From NCBI GenBank assembly GCA_033763655.1, contig JANRKD010000001.1, positions 23-64,022 on the forward strand: DNA of 64,000 nt, read 5' to 3'. The number at the start of each line of letters is the position of its first letter. The first letter of the stretch is position 1. The notes below the pieces were generated by a model. The model was given only the letters and a program-made list of their open reading frames with translations, was not told the DNA's origin and made no database searches. This DNA is from Alphaproteobacteria bacterium (GTDB taxonomy: Bacteria > Pseudomonadota > Alphaproteobacteria > Rickettsiales > UBA3002). The position numbers and the translations under genes are program-made. Positions 56,328-64,000 of the stretch are shown here, piece after piece.

Positions 56328-57725
56328 ATGAGCAAAATCAAGCCTCCCCATCGTGAGCATAACCCCATCACCACCTATGTATTAGCGGGACGCGACGATG
56401 CAGGCGCATTCTCCGTAGCAGTCGCAAATTACAAGAAGACGCCTGGCGTCGTCGTAATTGATGCCTCGGATTACCCTTCCTTTGCAGACGCTATTGCACA
56501 AATCAAGGGGCCGGGAAACATTGTACTCGCAGCCCATGGCAGCACAAACGGGTACTTTCAGTGGAATACAATGAACACCACAATCAGCTACAACGAAGGC
56601 CTGTCTGCATTAAAGACCCTGCCAAACGCGGGGCAAGGCATCGGCACCATCACCATCGGCAGTTGTTATGGCGGGTTAGCTGCCCATCATCTCGATGCCA
56701 TCCCGACCGGTACGGTTCTGCAATCCATGGTGGGGAGCGACGCAACAGCTTTAGACATTTTTCAAACTACATTTCAGATTGGAATCAAAGGCGCGACCAA
56801 CCCGACTTCATTGATTCTTGAAGCCATCGATAACGTAAGCCCCAAGGATTACCAACGCCTCTACGAAGCATTTTCAGGGACAGGAATCAGCACTGAGCAT
56901 TTTCCAAAACCGGAAGACCTGATGCCAACCATTGTCGGTATCGGTGGCAACTCGCCCATCACCATCAACCTCGACGCTGCAGCACAGAGTCTGCTCGATA
57001 AAACTCCCGACAGGGGTGACTTCAACAGCGCCGTGCGTATGGTCAAAGGGCGTTTCGATGGGAATTACAAAGTTAGCCTGATCGATACGCTCGAAAAAGA
57101 CCTCGGCATCCCTTATAAAGAAATGGTCGATGCTACTAAAGACGACGGCACATTCGACCCCGCTTTCGTGAAGAAGAGTGTGGAAGCCCTGAAGAAACTT
57201 TACCCCGGAGAATCTATTAACGAGGCCAATGCCGAGAAATATTTTTATCGCGCCATCGATGCGCATCAGCGTCGGGTAGATAAAGAACTCGATAAAGAGA
57301 TTGAGCGCGTTGCGGATAAAATGCGCAAAGGCGAACCCGTCGCCAGAGACGCCGAAGGCAATATCGATCTTGAGGAATTGCGTATTCGTCGTGCTCTGGG
57401 TATCGCCTATATGGAAACCTCAGGCGAAATGAAACGCCTGATTAACACAGCGAAGGAAAGCGCACTGGAACCGGAGGCCACGTCCCCGCCGGTCGGTGAG
57501 AACCGGGAACCGCAGGGCGAAGCAAATTCTCCCGCAACGGCGCTTGCAACCACAACTCCAGCCGCCAGCCCGCCTAGCGCTGGCGAAGTCCTCAATAAAT
57601 ACGGTCTGTCGAAAGGTGATTTTCCGAATTTTCAATCTCAAAATAGCGGAATTGTGGAGGCAACCACCGCTTCAGCACGCACTCCACACAATGCACAACC
57701 TCAGGAAGTAGCACGCACGGCTTAG
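56328..57725 (+). CDS. Orphan 465-aa protein with caspase/CHAT-like His...Cys dyad
   Basis: IVLAAHGSTNG and, about 45 residues later, ITIGSCYGG. Helical middle and a Pro/Ala/Ser-rich C-terminus. AT-richer DNA. Confidence 0.55.
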   Translation: MSKIKPPHREHNPITTYVLAGRDDAGAFSVAVANYKKTPGVVVIDASDYPSFADAIAQIKGPGNIVLAAHGSTNGYFQWNTMNTTISYNEGLSALKTLPNAGQGIGTITIGSCYGGLAAHHLDAIPTGTVLQSMVGSDATALDIFQTTFQIGIKGATNPTSLILEAIDNVSPKDYQRLYEAFSGTGISTEHFPKPEDLMPTIVGIGGNSPITINLDAAAQSLLDKTPDRGDFNSAVRMVKGRFDGNYKVSLIDTLEKDLGIPYKEMVDATKDDGTFDPAFVKKSVEALKKLYPGESINEANAEKYFYRAIDAHQRRVDKELDKEIERVADKMRKGEPVARDAEGNIDLEELRIRRALGIAYMETSGEMKRLINTAKESALEPEATSPPVGENREPQGEANSPATALATTTPAASPPSAGEVLNKYGLSKGDFPNFQSQNSGIVEATTASARTPHNAQPQEVARTA

Positions 57726-59401
57726 TGCCTCTTCTTCTCCTCTTCCACCAGTTCGCGTTTGAGGATTTTGCCGATGTTGTTTTTGGGCAGGGCGGCGCGG
57801 AATTCAACCGCGTGCGGCAGCGCGTAGGCGGTGAGGCGCGGCTTCAGATGCTCTTTCAACCCCGGCTCGTCGAGTTCGGCGCCTTCTTTAAGCACCAGAT
57901 AGGCTTTAATCATCTGCCCGCGCGTCGGGTGGTCGAGACCGATCACCGCACATTCGGCGACTGAAGGGTGGGCGTAGATTTCCTCCTCGACATTGCGCGG
58001 ATAGACGTTGTAGCCGCCGACGATAATCATCTCCTTCAGCCGGTCCACGACGTAAAAATACCCGTCCGCATCCATATAACCCAGATCGCCGGTGTGCAGC
58101 CGTCCGTTGCGCAGCACGTTTTCGGTTTCGTCGGTGCGGTTGAGGTAGCCGAGCATCACCTGCGGGCCACTGATGCAGATTTCACCGATTTCGCCCTGCG
58201 CCATCGGCGTCACGCGGTCGTCCTTGTCGATGATTTCGGCCAATGTGCCCGGCAGCGGCATGCCGATGGAGCCGCTTTTATTGACCCCGACCAGCGGGTT
58301 GCAGTGGGTGACGGGCGAGCTTTCGGTCAGGCCGTAGCCCTCGACCAGCACGCAGCCGGTGAGCTTCTCAAACTGCAATTTCACCTCGACCGGCAGCGGC
58401 CCGCCACCCGAGATACACATCTTGATGCTCGACAGGTCGTACTGCGCGAGGTTGCGGGCGTTGTTGATGGTGGCATACAGCGTCGAAACGCCGGGCATGA
58501 TAGTCGGTTTTTTGTGCGCAATATCGCTGAGCACATGCTTGAGATCAAACTTCGGATGAATGATGATGGTAAAGCCGTTCGCAATCGCAAGGTTCAGCGC
58601 CACCGTCATCGCGAACACATGGAAGAAGGGCAATACCGCGAGCATGGTTTCATTGCCGGGGGTCAGCCCCACCATCCACCCCGCGCACTGGAAAGTGTTG
58701 ATGTAAAGATTGCTATGGGTCAGCATCGCCCCTTTAGGCACGCCGGTGGTGCCGCCGGTATATTGCAGCACCGCCACATGGCTGTTAGGCAGGATATTCA
58801 CCGGGGTCGTCATCTCCGCCGATTCGAGCAGCGTGTTGAGCGTGACATGGTAGCTATCGGTCGGTGGATGGGCGATGTCGCGCACTTTGGCGGCCATAAA
58901 CAGCGCGCGCTTGGCGATGGGCATCGCCTCGCCGAAATTGCAGACGATGATTTTGCGCAGACTGCTATTGCCGATGAACGGCACCAGCTTGTCATACGTC
59001 GCATGCAGGTTGACCGTCGCGATAATCTCGACATGCGCGTCTTTCAGCTCATGCGCGATTTCGTGGCCTGAATAGAGCGGGTTGAAATTGACCACCGTGC
59101 CGCCCGCCTTCAGAATCGCGTAATAGAGCATCACATATTGCGGGCAGTTGGGCATGAACAGGCCGACGCGCGTGCCCTTAATCACCCCGAGGGTCTGCAA
59201 CCCCGTGGCGATGCGGTTGACCATCTCGTGCAGGCGCGTATAGCTGTAGGTCTTGCCGAAAAAATCGAGCGCAATATTCTCCGGCCAGCGGCGCACCGCC
59301 TCATCAAGCAGGGTGTAAAGCGGGCGGGGGTAAAACCCCTCGTGCCAACGCAGTCCGTGCGGATAATGGGATTCCCATGGGTAGGGCTGTGCGTTAGGCA
59401 T
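57722..59401 (-). CDS. Long-chain fatty acid--CoA ligase (AMP-binding)
   Basis: LQYTGGTTGVPKGAMLTHSN AMP-binding motif, GYGLTE, and TGDLGYMDADGYFYVVDRLK. AAGGAG SD before the ATG at 59401. Confidence 0.88.
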   Translation of the reverse strand: MPNAQPYPWESHYPHGLRWHEGFYPRPLYTLLDEAVRRWPENIALDFFGKTYSYTRLHEMVNRIATGLQTLGVIKGTRVGLFMPNCPQYVMLYYAILKAGGTVVNFNPLYSGHEIAHELKDAHVEIIATVNLHATYDKLVPFIGNSSLRKIIVCNFGEAMPIAKRALFMAAKVRDIAHPPTDSYHVTLNTLLESAEMTTPVNILPNSHVAVLQYTGGTTGVPKGAMLTHSNLYINTFQCAGWMVGLTPGNETMLAVLPFFHVFAMTVALNLAIANGFTIIIHPKFDLKHVLSDIAHKKPTIMPGVSTLYATINNARNLAQYDLSSIKMCISGGGPLPVEVKLQFEKLTGCVLVEGYGLTESSPVTHCNPLVGVNKSGSIGMPLPGTLAEIIDKDDRVTPMAQGEIGEICISGPQVMLGYLNRTDETENVLRNGRLHTGDLGYMDADGYFYVVDRLKEMIIVGGYNVYPRNVEEEIYAHPSVAECAVIGLDHPTRGQMIKAYLVLKEGAELDEPGLKEHLKPRLTAYALPHAVEFRAALPKNNIGKILKRELVEEEKKRH

Positions 59402-59511
59402 TCCGACTCCTTGTTGCCATGGCGGCGCACCCGCGCCCCCACCATTCATCCCCGGCTTGCCTTAGTTTTTTGTTGTAACCTTACTATGCGTGTTTTAAGC
59501 CTTCCCGTCAA

Positions 59512-60546
59512 ATGGACATGATGCACAGCAGCACGGATTACACCACGGATGTCGCGATTATCGGCGGCGGGCCGGTCGGGCTGTTCGCGGTGTTCGAACT
59601 TGGGATGCTCAAGATCACATCGCTGGTCATCGACAGTCTGCCTGCCGTCGGCGGCCAATGCACCGCGCTTTACCCCGAAAAACCGATCTACGATATTCCC
59701 GGGTTCCCAAGCGTCGATGCGGCCGACCTCATCGCCCGCCTTGAACAACAGGCTGCACCATTCCAGCCCCAGTACGTCATGGGCGAGCAGGTGGTGCAGT
59801 GCAACAAAATTGAGGCAGGGGGCTGGCAACTCGTCACCGATAAAGGCACGCGCATTATTGCCAAGGCCATCCTGATTGCCGCTGGCTGCGGTGCCTTTGG
59901 CCCGAACCGGCCACCGCTTTCAGGCCTTGCGCAGTATGAGGCAACCAGCGTGCATTACATGGTCGCACGGCGCGAAGATTTCCGTGGCAAAGATATCGTC
60001 ATCGCCGGTGGTGGCGATTCGGCGGTCGATTGGGCCGTATCGCTGGCGGAAGTGGCGGAAAAAATCTATGTCGTCCACCGCCGCGACAAATTCCGCGCCA
60101 GCCCGGAGATGGTCGATAAAATGCAGGCGCTCGCCGCCCGTGGCAAAATCGAGATGGTCATCCCCTACCAGCTTGACGGGCTCGAAGGCGCCAACGGCCA
60201 GCTTTCAGGCGTCGTGGTCAGGGATATGGATGGCGGCACCCGCACACTTGCGGCGTCGCATCTGCTCGCCTTCTTCGGTCTGTCGATGGAGCTGGGGCCG
60301 ATTGCCGGGTGGGGCCTCACCCTCGCCGCCAACCACATCACGGTCGATCGCGGCACGATGGAAACCAACATCCCGGGCATCTTCGCGATTGGCGACATCG
60401 CCACCTACGACCACAAGCTCAAGCTCATCCTCTGCGGCTTTGCCGAAGCGGCGCAAGCGGCGCACGCCATCCGCGACATCGTTTATCCGGGCGTTGCCTA
60501 CCATTTCGAATATTCGACCAGCAAAGGCGTCCAAAGCGCGGCTTAA
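59512..60546 (+). CDS. Ferredoxin--NADP reductase, thioredoxin-reductase-like type
   Basis: DVAIIGGGPVGLFA..., GGQCTALYPEKPIYDIPGFP and a second GGGDSAVDWA dinucleotide motif. Confidence 0.85.
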   Translation: MDMMHSSTDYTTDVAIIGGGPVGLFAVFELGMLKITSLVIDSLPAVGGQCTALYPEKPIYDIPGFPSVDAADLIARLEQQAAPFQPQYVMGEQVVQCNKIEAGGWQLVTDKGTRIIAKAILIAAGCGAFGPNRPPLSGLAQYEATSVHYMVARREDFRGKDIVIAGGGDSAVDWAVSLAEVAEKIYVVHRRDKFRASPEMVDKMQALAARGKIEMVIPYQLDGLEGANGQLSGVVVRDMDGGTRTLAASHLLAFFGLSMELGPIAGWGLTLAANHITVDRGTMETNIPGIFAIGDIATYDHKLKLILCGFAEAAQAAHAIRDIVYPGVAYHFEYSTSKGVQSAA

Positions 60547-61832
60547 CTGCGGCCATGCGCGGTAGGTGAGTATCCTTTATCTGTTGCACTTACCTGCTTG
60601 CTGATGCTTTGGATGCAATAACCCTGCTCACGACTCGCGGCCCACGTGGCTTTTGCCGCACGCACAAAATCAGCCGCCTGCATCGGCGGAAACAGGCTGA
60701 ACGCGCGATCAATCCCTGCCAGCCGCTTACCCCCCGCATCACGGACATGGGGAATCCCTTCGGGCATCACCGCCATGCGCTCGGACTCCGACCCTCCTTT
60801 ACCACGGCTGGCGCTTCGCAAGGCTTCGGTCAATTTCTTCTGAACGTCATTGGCCGCGTGTTCCGGGTCTTCCCAATTCACCCACAGCCCATAGCCCATC
60901 ACGCGCCCCCTCACGTCGAACGCTACCCAGGTCAGGCCTTTTTTCTCGCCGCCCCCGTAGGCTAATGTCAGGCGCCGCACTTCTTTAATCGTCGGCGGCA
61001 GGATGTTGACATGCGCCCCGACGGCACTGTTGCACAACCGGTCAAAATCGAAATCTCTGCGAACCTGCTTAATTTGTTCTGCATCCTGCGATTCCAGCAG
61101 CGGCAGCACATTAAGCAGCGCACCGCCGAAAAACGCAGCGAATGGTTTGATTGCCTCGCGTTCTTCCGGGCTGTCCTGCACCGATTTCACGATGCTGATG
61201 GCCAGCGCATGCGCCTTCTCGGTAAAGCGCACTTCTTGTTGGGGAGTAAATTTTTCAGGGTTATTCGCCATGCTCAGGTTGCAGATGAGTGACGCAGCCT
61301 GATCGACCAGTTTAATTTTCTTGGCGGCAAAGCTCATCTCCTTAATGCGGTCATGCTGGTGCGGCTCTTTGATACCTTCACCGTCGTAGATTTTGGGATT
61401 GGTTACCGCACGCACCAGCGCCACCACTTTATCGACGACGGCGTAATTCTCACCCCCCATGTCCGCTTCTTCTATGGCGCGCTTAGGCGGCGTGGTGGAT
61501 GCCTCCTTGATGCCTCGCTCGGATAATGCATTCGAAAATGCATCGCCCATCCAGATATCGTTAGCACGGAATTCGGAACTTTCCTCAATCGCATCATGCA
61601 GCAACGCTGCCGCCAGCACCGTGACGTCACGCTCACCCAGTGCGCGCATGATGTCGTAGACCATAATCGGGTGGGTGATGTATTGCCATTCCGGCTCGGT
61701 TTTGTCGCGGCTCTGACCCTGATGCGCGCGCGCGGCCACCGCGAACGCCGCGTCGAGAATAATTTTCTCCCGCGCAGTGAATACGGAATCGTTGTCGATA
61801 TCCAGCCTGTGCCGGTACTGATAGCGCGCCAT
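60543..61832 (-). CDS. SpoT/RelA-type HD (p)ppGpp-hydrolase-like domain fused to an unknown 230-aa C-terminal region
   Basis: AHQGQSRDK...YITHPIMV...[11 protein letters not shown]...[11 protein letters not shown] follows the SpoT HD hydrolase pattern. No synthetase domain. Confidence 0.65.
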   Translation of the reverse strand: MARYQYRHRLDIDNDSVFTAREKIILDAAFAVAARAHQGQSRDKTEPEWQYITHPIMVYDIMRALGERDVTVLAAALLHDAIEESSEFRANDIWMGDAFSNALSERGIKEASTTPPKRAIEEADMGGENYAVVDKVVALVRAVTNPKIYDGEGIKEPHQHDRIKEMSFAAKKIKLVDQAASLICNLSMANNPEKFTPQQEVRFTEKAHALAISIVKSVQDSPEEREAIKPFAAFFGGALLNVLPLLESQDAEQIKQVRRDFDFDRLCNSAVGAHVNILPPTIKEVRRLTLAYGGGEKKGLTWVAFDVRGRVMGYGLWVNWEDPEHAANDVQKKLTEALRSASRGKGGSESERMAVMPEGIPHVRDAGGKRLAGIDRAFSLFPPMQAADFVRAAKATWAASREQGYCIQSISKQVSATDKGYSPTAHGRS

Positions 61833-61911
61833 ACCATTTTCCGCTTGGGTTTTCCACCCGGCTTACTTACAACCATCTGGCAGCTTCATTTATGACAGTT
61901 TGGTTAAAATC

Positions 61912-62796
61912 ATGACAGCACAAATCATCGATGGCAAAGCCTTTGCCGCCCGCCTGCGCGGCGAGATTGCGCAGGCAACGCAGGCGTTTACCGCAGATAG
62001 CGGCGTCACCCCCGGTCTGGCCGTGGTGCTGGTCGGCGAGGATCCGGCCAGCCGGGTCTATGTGCGAAACAAAGGGCTCGCCTGCCGCGAGGCGGGCATC
62101 ACCTCGTTTGAAACCCTCCTGCCCGCCACCGCCACGCAGGCGCAGTTGCTGGCCGAAATTGCGCGACTAAACGCCGACCCGGCGGTGCATGGCATTCTGG
62201 TGCAGTTGCCGCTGCCCGCCACGATGGACGCCCAGGCCGTCATCAACGCCATCGACCCGGCGAAGGATGTCGATGGGTTTCACGTCATCAACGCCGGTCG
62301 CCTCGCCGTCGGGCAGGATGGGCTGGTGCCCTGCACGCCGCTGGGCTGCCTGCTGCTGCTGAAGGCGACGCTCGGCAGCCTTGCCGGCAAACATGCGGTC
62401 ATCCTCGGGCGCAGCAATATTGTCGGCAAACCGATGGCGCAATTGCTCCTGCGCGAATCCTGCACCGTTACTATCTGCCATTCGCGCACCGAATTTCTGG
62501 CGCAGGAAACCCGGCGTGGCGACATCCTCGTCGCAGCCATCGGCAAACCCGAATTTGTCAAAGGTGCCTGGGTGAAACCCGGCGCGACGGTTCTTGATGT
62601 CGGCATCAACCGCATCACGCGTGAGGATGGCAGCAGCGCACTGGTCGGCGATGTCGATACCGCCGCCGCCTGCGAATTCGCGCGGTTTATCACTCCGGTG
62701 CCCGGCGGAATCGGACCGATGACCATCGCCTGCCTGCTGCGCAACACATTGCAGGCCGCCTGCGCCATCCACGGCGCGCCCTTCACACTGGCCTGA
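61912..62796 (+). CDS. folD: Bifunctional methylenetetrahydrofolate dehydrogenase/cyclohydrolase
   Basis: IIDGKAFAA..., [32 protein letters not shown] and [10 protein letters not shown] blocks. Confidence 0.92.
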   Translation: MTAQIIDGKAFAARLRGEIAQATQAFTADSGVTPGLAVVLVGEDPASRVYVRNKGLACREAGITSFETLLPATATQAQLLAEIARLNADPAVHGILVQLPLPATMDAQAVINAIDPAKDVDGFHVINAGRLAVGQDGLVPCTPLGCLLLLKATLGSLAGKHAVILGRSNIVGKPMAQLLLRESCTVTICHSRTEFLAQETRRGDILVAAIGKPEFVKGAWVKPGATVLDVGINRITREDGSSALVGDVDTAAACEFARFITPVPGGIGPMTIACLLRNTLQAACAIHGAPFTLA

Positions 62797-62830
62797 GGCA
62801 ACGCGCCAGGAAAAAACCGCCCCAACGAAA

Positions 62831-62856
62831 AAGGGGCGACCGACTGGCCGCCCCTT
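62831..62856. terminator. Bidirectional stem-loop between convergent folD and ompA-family genes
   Basis: AAGGGGCG (10-nt loop) CGCCCCTT, flanked by A-run/T-rich sequence on both sides. Confidence 0.55.
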
Positions 62857-62881
62857 CATTCTTTGCCGTAAAAGCGAATCG

Positions 62882-63430
62882 TTAGTTAACGATTTCCACT
62901 TCCACGCGGCGGTCACGCCACAGGCATGCCTGTTGCGCCTTGCCGGTGATGTCTTCGCACTCGGACTGCGACGAAGTCTCGCCGAGGCCCTTGACTTCCG
63001 ACTTGCCGATGACTTTCACGCCGCTGGCGCGCAGGAAGGAAGCGACCGTGTTGGCGCGTTTCTGGCTGAGGCTGAGGTTGTAACCGGTGGTGCCGATTTC
63101 ATCCGCGAAACCAACGATTTTTACAGCCGCCACTTTGCTCGATTTCAGCGAGTTGGCAAGCACTCTCAGCTTCGTTTTTGCCGACGGGGTCAGCGTCGAG
63201 CTGTTGAAGTTGAAATATACCGTGCGCAGTTCGCTCGTCAGGCTGGCCCCGATGCAGGCGCCGCCCTTAACGTCCCATTGCGTGATGACGCAATCACCAA
63301 ACTTGGTGACCACAACGCTACCACCTGCGGTTGCTACAGAATCTTTGGTGAGAAACGATGCACCTGCCGATGCGGCCATGAGCAGCACGCTTGCAGCTGC
63401 CAGAATCGTCGATGTTTTAAGAAGTTTCAT
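62882..63430 (-). CDS. OmpA-family (peptidoglycan-associated) protein
   Basis: Signal peptide. VYFNFNSSTL...GFADEIGTTGYNLSLSQKRANTV...RRVEVEI is the OmpA C-terminal domain pattern. Confidence 0.85.
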   Translation of the reverse strand: MKLLKTSTILAAASVLLMAASAGASFLTKDSVATAGGSVVVTKFGDCVITQWDVKGGACIGASLTSELRTVYFNFNSSTLTPSAKTKLRVLANSLKSSKVAAVKIVGFADEIGTTGYNLSLSQKRANTVASFLRASGVKVIGKSEVKGLGETSSQSECEDITGKAQQACLWRDRRVEVEIVN

Positions 63431-63676
63431 GATGATTTCCTTAGCTATCTATTGTTGTTAATCGCTACACTGCGTCCGCCCGTTGCGCAGGCAGTGCATC
63501 ACGGCTATGTCTGACGAATCGCTGTTTAAGATGCAAATACTCTGTCGCCCCGCGCCTGTCCCGATGACGAAGAATCGCCGCCTGTTGCAACTTTGTCACA
63601 GATGTGGCGCGGCAACATAATTTTTTATAAGCTATTGAAATAAGTTGGAGAGTTGGCAAAAACCGCTCGCCGGGCA

Positions 63677-64000
63677 TTAGGGCGCCGCCCGCTGCATGGC
63701 CCGGTAGAGGGCGACATTGGCCTCGTGCTCTTGCAACGTCGCCGCGAACCGGTGTCCCCCCTTCGCGGTGGCCACAAAATAGAGTGCATCGGTGGCCGCC
63801 GGGTGTAGTGCCGCAATAATCGCCGCGCGCCCGGGATTGCAGATTGGGGTCGGCGGCAGGCCAGCCCGCAGATAACTATTATAGTGCGTATCGCGTTGCA
63901 GGTCGCCGCGCGACAAAGCCCGTCCCATCGGCACATGGCCCTGCGCCGCTTCGATGCCATACACCACCGTCGGGTCCGATTGCAGCATCATCCCACGGCG
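63677..64000 (-). CDS. mltG: Endolytic murein transglycosylase MltG/YceG, C-terminal part (gene continues past the window end)
   Basis: YNSYLRAGLPPTPICNPGRAAIIAALHPA..DALYFVA is the conserved YceG block. The reading frame is open to position 64000. Confidence 0.8.
   Translation of the reverse strand, partial: RRGMMLQSDPTVVYGIEAAQGHVPMGRALSRGDLQRDTHYNSYLRAGLPPTPICNPGRAAIIAALHPAATDALYFVATAKGGHRFAATLQEHEANVALYRAMQRAAP

Overview
This is a 64-kb GC-rich bacterial chromosome segment. It is probably alphaproteobacterial, inferred from a DivL-type Tyr pseudo-histidine-kinase, a ~270-aa Caulobacter-sized flagellin and the gene content. It has three parts. (1) 1-8467 holds a tightly packed minus-strand beta-oxidation operon: thiolase, a small secreted Cys-rich protein, a fused 3-hydroxyacyl-CoA dehydrogenase/enoyl-CoA hydratase and a long acyl-CoA dehydrogenase. 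Two divergent MntA/HepT (nucleotidyltransferase/HEPN) toxin-antitoxin pairs are wedged into it with overlapping or 4-nt-spaced stop/start codons. DUF1294 and ycgN-like genes follow. (2) 8468-41651 is a complete 33,184-bp Mu-like transposable prophage. It has TG...CA termini, Mu-style left/right repeat sites and a 5-bp GGCGC target-site duplication. It sits 10 nt after the ycgN stop and 56 nt before tRNA-Gly(CCC). Gene order is S24-type repressor, ner, six small ORFs, MuA, MuB, early genes (DUF3164, GemA, Mor), a lysis cassette (SAR endolysin, nested Rz/Rz1, gp25-like), terminase, portal, MuF, protease/scaffold, major head protein, connector genes, sheath, tube, a frameshifted chaperone, tape measure, baseplate, fibre and chaperone, then a DNA methyltransferase and two tiny membrane ORFs. 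(3) 41652-64000 holds housekeeping genes: tRNA-Gly, DUF983, mscL, thiC, mutY, gltA, flagellin-like, yggT, purU, divL-like, ahcY, an acyl-CoA ligase, a TrxR-type ferredoxin-NADP reductase, folD, an OmpA-family gene and partial mltG. Interspersed are three AT-richer orphan genes (HD-like, caspase-like His/Cys, SpoT-type HD hydrolase with an unknown C-terminal half). A DUF559 cassette bracketed by inverted GGGAGAGGG palindromes is fused in frame to thiC. A family of composite palindromic/heptad repeats abuts the stop codons of three minus-strand genes. I saw no rRNA, CRISPR array, integrase, IS transposase or reverse transcriptase. All calls come from reading the sequence and ORF translations. 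No searches were run, so family names are recollection-based.
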